Translations under genes and position numbers: made by a program
DNA from: Candidatus Micrarchaeota archaeon
GTDB taxonomy: Archaea; Micrarchaeota; Micrarchaeia; Micrarchaeales; CABMGC01
NCBI GenBank assembly: GCA_021848095.1
Contig: JAJZMZ010000004.1
Coordinates: forward strand, 5,111-69,110
Reading direction: 5' to 3'
Length of the DNA: 64,000 bases
In this document: positions 17,218 through 26,230 of the stretch, piece by piece
How the letters are laid out: every line of letters begins with the position of its first letter
Position numbering within the stretch: position 1 is the first letter of the stretch
Notes under the pieces: generated by a model
Database searches by the model: none
Told to the model about the DNA's origin: nothing
What the model saw: the letters and a program-made list of their open reading frames with translations, nothing else

Positions 17218-18669
17218 TTAACCTTTAATTACTATCAATGGTTTATTTTTAGATACTATCTTAGCAAGACCCGCTTTTTCAACAACATTTACAACATCAT
17301 CGGGATTTTTATAAGCCCACTCTGCTTCTTCACTTATTAACTTTCTTGTGCGTATCCTGATCTCAATTTCTTTATCTTTCAATACGTTAAATGTTTTGCT
17401 TGATGGTATCTCACGTAGTGCCTGGTGTCTTGACATTACTCTTCCTGAACCGTGGCATGCACTTCCAAATGACTCCTTCATTGAGTTTTCCATACCACAA
17501 AGAACATAGCTACCTGTACTCATACTTCCAGGAATTATAACTGGTTGGCCAACAGCTCTGTACTTTGAAGGAAGCTCCTTAGTTCCTTTAGGGAAAGCTC
17601 GTGTTGCTCCCTTTCTGTGTATGTAGAGCTTTCTCTTCTTTCCATCTACTGTATGCTCCTCATACTTAGCTATATTGTGCGCTACATCGTAAAGGAGCTC
17701 CATCCCTAGTTCATTGTAATCTTGTTCAAATACCTCTGAAAAGCTCTTTCTTATCAAATGAGTTATCATCTGCCTATTTGTAAAAGCGAAGTTTACGGCG
17801 CAGTTCATGGCCATTATGTAATCATCAGCTTCCTTGCTCCCTACTTTCGCGTAGCTAAGCTCTTTGTCCGGTAGCTGGATATTGTTTTTTTGTTGATACT
17901 CGACTAGTGTTCTTAGAAAATCACTACATATCTGATGTCCGAAGCCCCTAGAACCGGTGTGTACCATTATTACTACTTGATCCTTTTCTAAGCCGTAAGC
18001 CTTAGCTATACTTTCATCGAAGAGTTTTTCTACCTTCTGTACCTCTAGGAAGTGATTCCCAGCCCCTAGCGTGCCTAGCTGGTTTAAGCCTCGTTTTTTC
18101 GCGTCTTTGCTTACCTTTGAGAAATCAGCTCCAGATAACCTTCCATGCTCTTCAATTCTTTCTATATCTTCTTTATTTCCATAACCTTTCTCAACAGCAT
18201 ACTTTACTCCTTCAGTAGTTACTAACTCTAAATCCTGCTCCTTAAACCCCAAATTTAACTTACTTCCCACTCCTGTTGGAACAGTTTTAAAAAGCATATC
18301 TGATAACTCCTTTACCTTTGGTTTTATCTCCTTTGCAGTTAAGTTAGTTTTAATCAATCTAACGCCACAGTTGATATCAAAACCAACTGCTCCTGGAGAT
18401 ATTATCCCATTTTCTGCATCAAAAGCAGCAACTCCTCCTACTGGGAAACCATATCCTTGATGACCATCTGGCATAACGAGAACATCTCCTATTATTCCTG
18501 GTAGTTTAGCTGCATTTACTGCCTGTTGTACTGTACTATCCTTTTTCATTTTTTCTAACATTTCTTCATTTGTGTAAAAAACAACTCCTCCGTTCATTTC
18601 TTCTTCTTTTTCTATTCTAAACTTAACATCAGAGATTTTTTTAATATTTTTTAAGTCCATAAATATCAT
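17218..18669 (-). CDS. rtcB: RNA-splicing ligase RtcB (3'-phosphate/5'-hydroxyl tRNA ligase)
   Basis: Characteristic blocks are MPDGHQGYGFPVGGV, GFDINCGVR, GAGNHFLE, HTGSRGFGHQ and CHGSGR. The length is about 480 aa with no intein insertion. Confidence 0.95.
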   Translation of the reverse strand: MIFMDLKNIKKISDVKFRIEKEEEMNGGVVFYTNEEMLEKMKKDSTVQQAVNAAKLPGIIGDVLVMPDGHQGYGFPVGGVAAFDAENGIISPGAVGFDINCGVRLIKTNLTAKEIKPKVKELSDMLFKTVPTGVGSKLNLGFKEQDLELVTTEGVKYAVEKGYGNKEDIERIEEHGRLSGADFSKVSKDAKKRGLNQLGTLGAGNHFLEVQKVEKLFDESIAKAYGLEKDQVVIMVHTGSRGFGHQICSDFLRTLVEYQQKNNIQLPDKELSYAKVGSKEADDYIMAMNCAVNFAFTNRQMITHLIRKSFSEVFEQDYNELGMELLYDVAHNIAKYEEHTVDGKKRKLYIHRKGATRAFPKGTKELPSKYRAVGQPVIIPGSMSTGSYVLCGMENSMKESFGSACHGSGRVMSRHQALREIPSSKTFNVLKDKEIEIRIRTRKLISEEAEWAYKNPDDVVNVVEKAGLAKIVSKNKPLIVIKG

Positions 18670-18886
18670 TTTGATTCAATATTTTAATTCATTAATTAAT
18701 TCATATATAATTAATAAGTTAATTTCTATAACTCAATTAGCACTCTTAACACTAAATATATATACGTGAACGAATATATTATTACTTGTAAATTTAATCT
18801 AACTTATATTTTTTCATATTTAAGGTGAAAAAAAGCAAAGATAAAACAAAGATTTATATATCAATCTTGTTTAAGTTGTATTAACG

Positions 18887-18894
18887 TTTATTAA
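18887..18894 (+). promoter_or_regulatory. Possible TATA box for tRNA-Leu
   Basis: TTTATTAA is centred about 30 nt upstream of the tRNA 5' end at 18921. Support is weak in this AT-rich context. Confidence 0.3.
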
Positions 18895-18920
18895 TGTAAT
18901 GTTGACAATTATTAGGTGCT

Positions 18921-19018
18921 GCAGGGATGGCAGAGCCTGGTCAAATGCGACAGACTCAAGATCTGTTGGCTTAGGCCTACGAGAGTTCAAAAATACTGAA
19001 CAAATCTCTCTCCCTGCA
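18921..19018 (+). tRNA. tRNA-Leu (anticodon CAA), type II, with a ~13-nt insertion (non-canonical intron) in the T-loop
   Basis: Hand-folded. Acceptor GCAGGGA/TCCCTGC with discriminator A. Anticodon stem ACAGA/TCTGT, loop CT-CAA-GA. Variable arm GGC-TTAG-GCC. The T stem GAGAG/CTCTC encloses 20 nt (TTCAAAAATACTGAACAAAT) instead of 7. Confidence 0.8.
18990..19002 (+). other. Putative T-loop micro-intron (13 nt; boundaries ambiguous within an A-run)
   Basis: Removing AAAATACTGAACA restores a canonical TTCAAAT T-loop. TTCA(18986-89) can pair with TGAA(18997-19000), which would fit a bulge-helix-bulge-like splice motif. Confidence 0.55.
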
Positions 19019-19037
19019 CATCATTAATGGTGTATTA

Positions 19038-19805
19038 ATGGTAAAAGTTACAAAAAAGAATAACTCAAAGAAATCAAAGGCTACTATCTCTAAGAAGAGT
19101 AAATCTCAAAAGAGCAGTAAGCCTATCAAGAATAAGTTTCTTGGCAGACTTAAGAAAATAAAGCTAAAAGAGAAAGCAATGTTTGAGGTACCTCACTATC
19201 CACAAAGTGAAGAGTTCACTAGTTCAGCGGCTTGTGCAATGATGGTTCTTAAATATATAAATCCTAAATTTAACTTTAAGAAAGAAAGCGAGTACTCAAT
19301 ATGGCAAGAGGCTGTAAACGGCAGCGTTTGGCATGGTTCAAAGTACGGAGTTGCATACTCTATATCAAAAAGAGGAGCAAAAGTGGGCATTATTAGCAAT
19401 ACAAAAGACGAAGGTTATGATAAAAAGATAGCAGTTTACGAAAATGTAAATTTGGATACATTAAACTCTTCTTTCAATGAAATAAAGCAAAAATCAGAAA
19501 ACATGAACATTGAAGAAGAACACAGCGATATAACACTCAACTCAATAAAGAAGGCATTATCAGCAAGTTTAATACCAATCGTATTAATTGATGCAAGCCA
19601 AGTAAACACATATTTAGAGCCATCACCACACTGGGTTGTTGTAAAAGGTTATGATAAAGATGCATTTTACATAAATGATCCTTACTCTGACAGTACTATA
19701 ACGATAGACCCTGATGCATTTAAGGTAGCAATAGGCTTTGATGAAAATCATCATATGGTTCTAATAGATACTAAACACTTCGAAGAGCCTAAAGGAAAGA
19801 AGTAA
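19038..19805 (+). CDS. Peptidase C39-like (papain-fold cysteine peptidase) domain protein with a polybasic N-terminal tail
   Basis: VPHYPQSEEFTSSAACAMMVLKY carries the catalytic-Cys context typical of C39-like domains. It is followed by HWVVVKGYD and INDPY (His/Asp). The N-terminal ~45 aa are K/S-rich (KKNNSKKSKATISKKSKSQKSSKPIKNK). Confidence 0.7.
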   Translation: MVKVTKKNNSKKSKATISKKSKSQKSSKPIKNKFLGRLKKIKLKEKAMFEVPHYPQSEEFTSSAACAMMVLKYINPKFNFKKESEYSIWQEAVNGSVWHGSKYGVAYSISKRGAKVGIISNTKDEGYDKKIAVYENVNLDTLNSSFNEIKQKSENMNIEEEHSDITLNSIKKALSASLIPIVLIDASQVNTYLEPSPHWVVVKGYDKDAFYINDPYSDSTITIDPDAFKVAIGFDENHHMVLIDTKHFEEPKGKK

Positions 19806-20027
19806 TAAGTACTAAACAATCCTTTATTTTCTTGATTTTAATATTTTCTTTTTAAAGTGATTTTATTAATTTTAACACTAATTTAAACATTAAACCAGAA
19901 AGCAAAATTAGAAGTACTCTCCCTAATCCTAATTTAACTTCTAGAAGCGAAAAACATGATATGGAAATTTTAAAAAATCTTCTTCAGTATTCAAAGAATT
20001 TTTCGAATCAAATAAAAACCTCCTAGA

Positions 20028-20549
20028 TTGTGGACAAATCCTACTTCGGATATCTCTATTAAAATTCCGTTTGATGAAACTCAAATAAAGGTTTCTTTAA
20101 CGTGGACGGTTGCAACATTACTGCGAAAAATTAAATCAAATATTCCATTAGAACGTTCTATTATTGATGATTTAAAATCTGAAAATCGTAAAGAAGAGTA
20201 TGATTCATCCTCTTTTAACAATTTTTTACTAACACCAAAATTACATTACGAAACAAGACCTCTTTTTTCATTTACCGATGGTTATAATAAAAATCTCGTG
20301 CTAGACTTTCCAAATTTAACAGTTTCTGATTTAGCTCATAAAAGAATACGACTTTTTGGTTCAAGAGTTTCATTAGAAACCTTTTCATTTAAAAAACAAA
20401 GCTTAACCTGGAAAGATCATGGCTTTGGGTTTGGTAGTATTGGTACTGAGAGTATTCCAAGAACTTTACCTCTCACTGATGGTTTGTATATACTATTGAG
20501 GGATGTAGTTTTGGGTTTATTTTGGTTTAAAAGTACAAAATACTCATGA
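20028..20549 (+). CDS. Doubtful ORF (173 codons, no ATG anywhere; TTG start at best); hypothetical or a decayed remnant
   Basis: This is the only long ORF in a ~740-bp gap. It contains no internal Met codon and I recognise no motif. It overlaps the 3' end of the convergent GT4 gene by 6 nt. Confidence 0.25.
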   Translation: MWTNPTSDISIKIPFDETQIKVSLTWTVATLLRKIKSNIPLERSIIDDLKSENRKEEYDSSSFNNFLLTPKLHYETRPLFSFTDGYNKNLVLDFPNLTVSDLAHKRIRLFGSRVSLETFSFKKQSLTWKDHGFGFGSIGTESIPRTLPLTDGLYILLRDVVLGLFWFKSTKYS

Positions 20550-21671
20550 TTTAGGATTCTTTATTGTTTTAAATAACTCATTATAAAAAGAAAGTACTCC
20601 TTTTGAAGAGAAGAAATTAAGTTTTCCATTATCTATTTTTACTGAGTTCTTTCCAATCATGTTTAATATTGTTTTTGGAATTTCTTCCTCATTTTTAATT
20701 ATGCACATAGAGCTTACTTCTGTAGGTATTGGTGTGTAATCTGGGAGTACAACTGGTGTATTACACTGAAGGCTCTCAAGAACTATTATACTAAGACCTT
20801 CTCTTTCAGACATTTGTAAAAATACAGAACTACTCGCTAACTCTCTATAAAGTTCCTTTTTATCTTTGTAAAATTGTTTTATCTCAACATTTTTTTCCAA
20901 TTTAAGTTTATTTATATTTTTTTGAATATTATTTTTTTCTATTCCGTTGCCTATTATTATTCCTTTTATTGTCGAGTCTTCTGAAATTATTCTTTTAACA
21001 ACATCTAGCCATTTGTCAATCCTTTTTTCTTTAATAAAACGTCCAGCAAAAATTATCTTCCGCTCTTTTTTAATGTTTTTTATTGATTTTTCAATATTTT
21101 CTCCATCTACTACTGGTGCAAATAATCTTATTCTCGAGTTCTTAATCTTTGCATCTATTAATTTTCTTACATTTAATTCTGAATTAGTAACATATGTCGC
21201 ATTTCTAGAATAAGCAAGATAATTTGAGTACCAATGTGCAAGAGTTCCAAAAACTCTGCCTAAATACTCATTCCAGTATTTATGGTCCCATACTTCATCT
21301 ATTCTTATGATTAACTTTGATTTTCTTAATACCCTATATACTCTTAATGGGAAAAGGTGCAGTATAGGAAATTGATCTGTTATTATAAAATCAAATTTGT
21401 ATTTTAATAACTTCCAAGAATAAACTGAAAAAGAGAATGCTTCACGTATAGATCTTCTTCCATGTCTGTATACATTTTCTTCGTTAGCTTCTCCGTAACA
21501 ATGATAATGTACATTATTATGGGTAAACTCATTACTCATTCCTGGCCATCTAAGCGTAAAAAAGTGCACTTCATGCTCTTTTGCAAGTTCTTCTGCCTCA
21601 GTGGCAAGTATGTGTTCTATACCTCCTTTATGCCACGGATACGGTACATCATACACAAAAGCTATCTTCAT
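20544..21671 (-). CDS. Glycosyltransferase, GT4 family (GT-B fold)
   Basis: N-terminus MKIAFVYDVPYPWHKGGIEHI and the C-terminal EX7E-type motif SEREGLSIIVLESLQCNTPVV. Confidence 0.85.
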   Translation of the reverse strand: MKIAFVYDVPYPWHKGGIEHILATEAEELAKEHEVHFFTLRWPGMSNEFTHNNVHYHCYGEANEENVYRHGRRSIREAFSFSVYSWKLLKYKFDFIITDQFPILHLFPLRVYRVLRKSKLIIRIDEVWDHKYWNEYLGRVFGTLAHWYSNYLAYSRNATYVTNSELNVRKLIDAKIKNSRIRLFAPVVDGENIEKSIKNIKKERKIIFAGRFIKEKRIDKWLDVVKRIISEDSTIKGIIIGNGIEKNNIQKNINKLKLEKNVEIKQFYKDKKELYRELASSSVFLQMSEREGLSIIVLESLQCNTPVVLPDYTPIPTEVSSMCIIKNEEEIPKTILNMIGKNSVKIDNGKLNFFSSKGVLSFYNELFKTIKNPKS

Positions 21672-21838
21672 TTCTATTCCAAATTTTAATATAAATTTAT
21701 TTATCTTTCTGCTCTAATATATTTTCAATCATTGAACCTAAACTATTAATTCTTATTGTTTTATTACATGTATTAATTAATACATTATTAAACATTTGAA
21801 TAACTTATGACCATTAGTGATCTAATAAACTATAAAAA

Positions 21839-23104
21839 TTATTTTCTAAGTAACAACTCCTTTGTTTTCTTTTTGATTTCTTTAAATATTTCGTATTTTA
21901 TTAAACCATAAATTGAATTAATATAATTGAATTTATTCCTATAAAAAAAACTTTTAGATTTTATTTTATAATTATTTTCATATGATAAAATATCCTGATT
22001 AGATGGGTAATAGTCCTCTATAACCTTTTTATTTTGGTAAATGTCTTCTAAAAAGTTTTCTATTTGTCTTATGTTTTTGCTTGCTAAAAATCTATTCGCG
22101 TCTTCACGCGCATTTTTACCTAAATTTATTCTTAACTTATCATTTTTTATTAAAGTTATCAATGCTTTTGCAAAAGCCTTCGAATCATAAGGCCTAACTA
22201 CTAATCCATTTTCCAAATTTTTTACTAGTTCCATTTGGGCATTGTCTTGTTTTTTAAAAGGTAAATAATAAAAAGGGGTGGAGTTGACAATAACTGGAGT
22301 TTGTAACGCCATTGACTCTGCTATGCTATATCCAAAAGATTCCCCTAAACCACAAACATGTGCAGATATTTTGGCATTTAAGTAAATATTTATCAAATCT
22401 TTTTCATTGCTTACTGTTTTTATCGTACTAATATTGTTAAAAACGCCTAATTTAACTAGTTCTTTTTCATATGTTTTGGAAAGCCCTCCAACAAATGTAA
22501 TTTTAAAGTTTTTAATTTCCTTTCTTACTTCCTTTATAATATCCGCAAGAAATTTTGGATTACCTATCTTAAAATCGTCAGCTCTACCAACTCTTATTAT
22601 CAAATTTTTATCATTTTTTATTTTATAATTAAAATAATAATCAGGTATTAAGAAATAGAAAACTCTAGAATTTTTTAATAACGCCTCTTTTTTTATTTTA
22701 GATTTTTTACTATATTTGTGGAAAGTGTTTATACTAGGGAAAAAATGATAATCAATTCTTTCGTTTTGTTTTGACTTGTTTAACTCTCCAAATATATTAT
22801 AATCAATTACTTTTGCACTACTATATTTAATCCCGTCCAAAAAACCATTTTTTTCATAACCTCCATTACTAAAAATTATTATAACCTCAAAATTTATTTT
22901 TTTGACAAAACTTTGTAAAGATTTATAATCAAATATATAAATTTTAAAGTTTTTATTCTTTAAATACTCATATCTGGTTCCGCCTTCGTAACAACCTATG
23001 TAAACATCAAAAATTTTCTTATTTATGTACTCTGCTATAACTTGCAATGATTTTTCAGTACCTCCTATATCCATTTTATTTGCTAACATCAATATTTTAA
23101 TCAT
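21839..23104 (-). CDS. Glycosyltransferase, GT4 family (GT-B fold)
   Basis: N-terminus MIKILMLANKMDIGGTEKSL and the C-terminal motif GLGESFGYSIAESMALQTPVIV. Confidence 0.8.
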   Translation of the reverse strand: MIKILMLANKMDIGGTEKSLQVIAEYINKKIFDVYIGCYEGGTRYEYLKNKNFKIYIFDYKSLQSFVKKINFEVIIIFSNGGYEKNGFLDGIKYSSAKVIDYNIFGELNKSKQNERIDYHFFPSINTFHKYSKKSKIKKEALLKNSRVFYFLIPDYYFNYKIKNDKNLIIRVGRADDFKIGNPKFLADIIKEVRKEIKNFKITFVGGLSKTYEKELVKLGVFNNISTIKTVSNEKDLINIYLNAKISAHVCGLGESFGYSIAESMALQTPVIVNSTPFYYLPFKKQDNAQMELVKNLENGLVVRPYDSKAFAKALITLIKNDKLRINLGKNAREDANRFLASKNIRQIENFLEDIYQNKKVIEDYYPSNQDILSYENNYKIKSKSFFYRNKFNYINSIYGLIKYEIFKEIKKKTKELLLRK

Positions 23105-23108
23105 AATA

Positions 23109-24032
23109 TCACAAACCTCCTTCTTTTATTGCTTTATATTTGCAATAAGCTGTAAATAACTCTGCGCCATCTAATTTATTCTTTTTAGAAAATGTAATCA
23201 GATTCTGAATTCCATTATCGCTTTCTAAATCTAACCACTTAGTTACTCCTAATCGTTTAACCGCCAATGTGGTATATTTCTGATATTTCAAATCATTTAA
23301 GTTTTTATTGTCAAAAAAATAATCTATTTTTTTATTAGAATATTCAAAAACGGCAATTAAGCCATTCATTACCTTAAAATTAGGAAAAGTTTTAAATAGA
23401 TTTTTTAAAAGATTTAAAAAATATAAAGTTTTATAAGAAGTTTTACTTAATTCATTATCCCCTACAAAAATTCTTCTAGTCCAAGATTCGATTTTGTAAT
23501 ATCTTTCTTGTTTTTTAGTATCCTTCATTGTTTTTTTATAATCATATACAAAAAATTTTTTATCTAATAAAATTGTTGTACCATTTGTTCTCATTTTTTC
23601 ATGTATGAGACCGGTATGGTAACTATCTTTTTTAAAAATCTTAATAGTTATTCCTTCTCCACTGGTTGTTTTATTTAACGTTTCCAAACCATGAAATTCT
23701 TTATATTCTTTATTTAAAGAATTTTTTATAAGTTCTAATAGATCTTTAGAAAGAAAATCTCCTTGGTCTAATTTAATTATCCATTCACTATTGGCCTTAG
23801 ATATGCCGAAATTAAAATAAGGATCTGGGTAGCCTATTGCAGGTAAATCAAAAATTTTAATCTTTTTCATATCCTTTAGATAATTTTTAAGCGTTATTTT
23901 ATTTTTTGTTTTTGACTGTTCAATCAATATTACTTCATCTACAAAATTATAAACATGTTTGATTGTCGAAAGACTAGTTCCTATATCATCTTTTGAAAAA
24001 GTTAACAAAGAAATATTATATTTTTTTGACAT
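23109..24032 (-). CDS. Divergent GT2-like glycosyltransferase (paralogue of 34895-35941)
   Basis: A GT-A-like start (ISLLTFSKDD...VDEVILIEQS) followed by an acidic motif (KLDQGD). Collinear similarity to 34895-35941 is visible by eye. Confidence 0.55.
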   Translation of the reverse strand: MSKKYNISLLTFSKDDIGTSLSTIKHVYNFVDEVILIEQSKTKNKITLKNYLKDMKKIKIFDLPAIGYPDPYFNFGISKANSEWIIKLDQGDFLSKDLLELIKNSLNKEYKEFHGLETLNKTTSGEGITIKIFKKDSYHTGLIHEKMRTNGTTILLDKKFFVYDYKKTMKDTKKQERYYKIESWTRRIFVGDNELSKTSYKTLYFLNLLKNLFKTFPNFKVMNGLIAVFEYSNKKIDYFFDNKNLNDLKYQKYTTLAVKRLGVTKWLDLESDNGIQNLITFSKKNKLDGAELFTAYCKYKAIKEGGL

Positions 24033-24063
24033 GATAAACCTTGTTTTACTAAAACCCCAAAAT

Positions 24064-25185
24064 TTAACTACTTAAATACTTTTTTCTTTCTTCTTCACTT
24101 TTTTTAGAGAAATCTACTGCATCATTTCGTTTTCCAAATTCTATTAGACTCTCCATTCCTTTTTTAATATCTCTAAAATTATATCTTCCGAAATCATTCG
24201 TAAGTTTAGATATGTTTGCAAAATCGTGTCTATTATCTCCTGGTCTAAACTCTCCAGTTATATTTAAACCTACATCGCTGTTAAATTGTTTTTTAATTTC
24301 TTCGGCTAAGGAAATAAGCGAATTAGTTTTTTCAGTACCTAAATTATAAACACCTTCTCCTTTTTCCAAAGCTTTTAAATTAAATTCTGCTACATCTTCA
24401 ACATAAACAAAATCTCTTAATTGTCTTCCATCTTCAAAAATAATCGGAGGTTTATTATTTTTAATTCTTGATAAGAACATCGCAAGTATTCCGGTGTATG
24501 GATTACTCAAACTTTGTCTAGGCCCATAAACATTAAAGTACCTGAATGCCACTGTAGGTATATTTAAAGAATATGAATAATCAACGGCTAATCGTTCAGT
24601 ACAATATTTAGATAAAGCATAAGGATTCAAATTTTGTGCAGGTTTAGACTCTAAAATTCCTATAGGTTCTACAGGACTAAGACACTCAGAACATTTAATT
24701 TCCCACTCTTTATTGTTCATCTGCTCGACACTTCTTACTGATGGATATACTAAACCATGTATTTTACAGTTATATGCTCCCTCTCCATATATACTTTTAG
24801 ATGACGCAACAATTATTTTTTTAATATTATTTTTAATTTTTTTATTTTTTGTTAAAATTTCATACAAAATTGCAGTTCCAGTTGCATTTACTTCAAAGTA
24901 TTTTTTAGGTTGCCAAAAACTTTGGCCTACTCCAACTGCAGCAGCAAGATGTATTACATATTCTACATTTTCTAATGCCTTTTTCCAATCAGCTGCCCTT
25001 CTAACATCTCCTATAATATATTCTGCTTTATTATTCAAGTAATCTGGTTTTTTACCTAAGTGTACCTGTTCTTCGAGGTTATCTAATACTCTTACTTCAT
25101 ATCCTTTTTCCAATAGTTTATCTACAGTATGACTTCCTATAAATCCCATACCTCCAGTTACCAAAACTTTTGTCATAAAATTCAC
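24064..25185 (-). CDS. NAD-dependent sugar-nucleotide epimerase/dehydratase (extended SDR) with a Cys/His-containing insertion
   Basis: Rossmann motif VLVTGGMGFIGSH, catalytic YxxxK (YALSKYCTE), and an insertion CKIHG...KCSECLSP between them. An alternative start lies at 25176. Confidence 0.9.
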   Translation of the reverse strand: MNFMTKVLVTGGMGFIGSHTVDKLLEKGYEVRVLDNLEEQVHLGKKPDYLNNKAEYIIGDVRRAADWKKALENVEYVIHLAAAVGVGQSFWQPKKYFEVNATGTAILYEILTKNKKIKNNIKKIIVASSKSIYGEGAYNCKIHGLVYPSVRSVEQMNNKEWEIKCSECLSPVEPIGILESKPAQNLNPYALSKYCTERLAVDYSYSLNIPTVAFRYFNVYGPRQSLSNPYTGILAMFLSRIKNNKPPIIFEDGRQLRDFVYVEDVAEFNLKALEKGEGVYNLGTEKTNSLISLAEEIKKQFNSDVGLNITGEFRPGDNRHDFANISKLTNDFGRYNFRDIKKGMESLIEFGKRNDAVDFSKKSEEERKKYLSS

Positions 25186-26132
25186 AAATTAGTTATTATC
25201 GATTTAAATATATACTTAAATCTTATAAAAGCATTGTCTTTTAAACGCAAATATTTAATGCCTCTATTTCCTTTACTACCTTCTATTGTAAAAATACTCC
25301 CTATTATATAAAAAATAAATATTCCATAGATTTTTTCATACAAGCTCAAATACTTCCAATTTTTTTTAATAAAATAGACAAAGTTCTCTGAGCCATACTT
25401 TATTCTATTTAACTTTGCTTCTTTTGAAGGCGAATTTGTTGATGAAAAACCTTCGAGATGTTTTATTGCAACTTCTCCATTATAAATTACACTATATCCT
25501 TTATTTTTAGCTCTTATACAAAAATCTACATCTTCGTACTCCATAAATTTAAAGTTTTCTTCTAACAAACCTATTTTATTTATTACCTCCTTTTTAATTA
25601 ACATAACTGCAGCAGCTACCCATCTAACTTCTTCTATTTTGTTATATTTATTTTTATTATTTTTTTCTCCACGGCCTCTATTTTTATTTGTTAATACTTC
25701 GAAACTTCCTGTATGTTGGATTAAATTATCTGCGTTTATGAATTTACAACTCTCAATACCTAATCTATTATCTTTTTCAGCAACTTTTATTAGATTTTCA
25801 AGCCACATCTGGTCTTCAAAAATAAGATCATTATTTAAAAGCAAGAAATATTTTGGCTTATACTTTTTGTTTGCATACTTAATTCCTTCATTATTACTTC
25901 TCGAAAAACCTAGATTTTTTTTATTTGATACTATATCTACAAAATCCCAATTCTTTTTTATATATTCTATGCTATTATCTTTCGAATTATCATCAACAAC
26001 TATTGTTTTATAATTTAAATATTTTGTATTTTTCAAACTAGAAATTGTATGATATAGAATTGGCCTATCTTTATATTTAGTTATATATCCATTATAATTC
26101 GTAATAATACATGCAACTAATGGTTCATTCAT
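25182..26132 (-). CDS. Glycosyltransferase family 2
   Basis: VACIITNYNG...TIVVDDNSKDNS and LLLNNDLIF (a DxD-type motif). The stop overlaps the start of the downstream epimerase gene by 4 nt. Confidence 0.85.
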   Translation of the reverse strand: MNEPLVACIITNYNGYITKYKDRPILYHTISSLKNTKYLNYKTIVVDDNSKDNSIEYIKKNWDFVDIVSNKKNLGFSRSNNEGIKYANKKYKPKYFLLLNNDLIFEDQMWLENLIKVAEKDNRLGIESCKFINADNLIQHTGSFEVLTNKNRGRGEKNNKNKYNKIEEVRWVAAAVMLIKKEVINKIGLLEENFKFMEYEDVDFCIRAKNKGYSVIYNGEVAIKHLEGFSSTNSPSKEAKLNRIKYGSENFVYFIKKNWKYLSLYEKIYGIFIFYIIGSIFTIEGSKGNRGIKYLRLKDNAFIRFKYIFKSIITNL

Positions 26133-26230
26133 TAAAACACTTTTAATAATTTTAAATAACCCGATTTAATACTCTTCCGATGTATAAATTATTAAATATA
26201 TCTAAAATATTTATAGAAAAAATAAATTAA

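Noticed and set aside
17218-18669. Locally higher GC in rtcB, considered as a sign of horizontal transfer or an intein.
   Set aside because: The protein is collinear with standard RtcB at normal length, with no Hint/LAGLIDADG blocks. The higher GC is explained by strong amino-acid conservation (Gly/His/Cys/Pro-rich motifs).
21768-21785. Perfect 18-nt palindrome ATGTATTAATTAATACAT in the spacer between the two GT4 genes.
   Set aside because: An all-AT-rich palindrome in an AT-rich spacer could be an operator or terminator hairpin. It is also expected by chance at this composition, and there is no second copy in the window.
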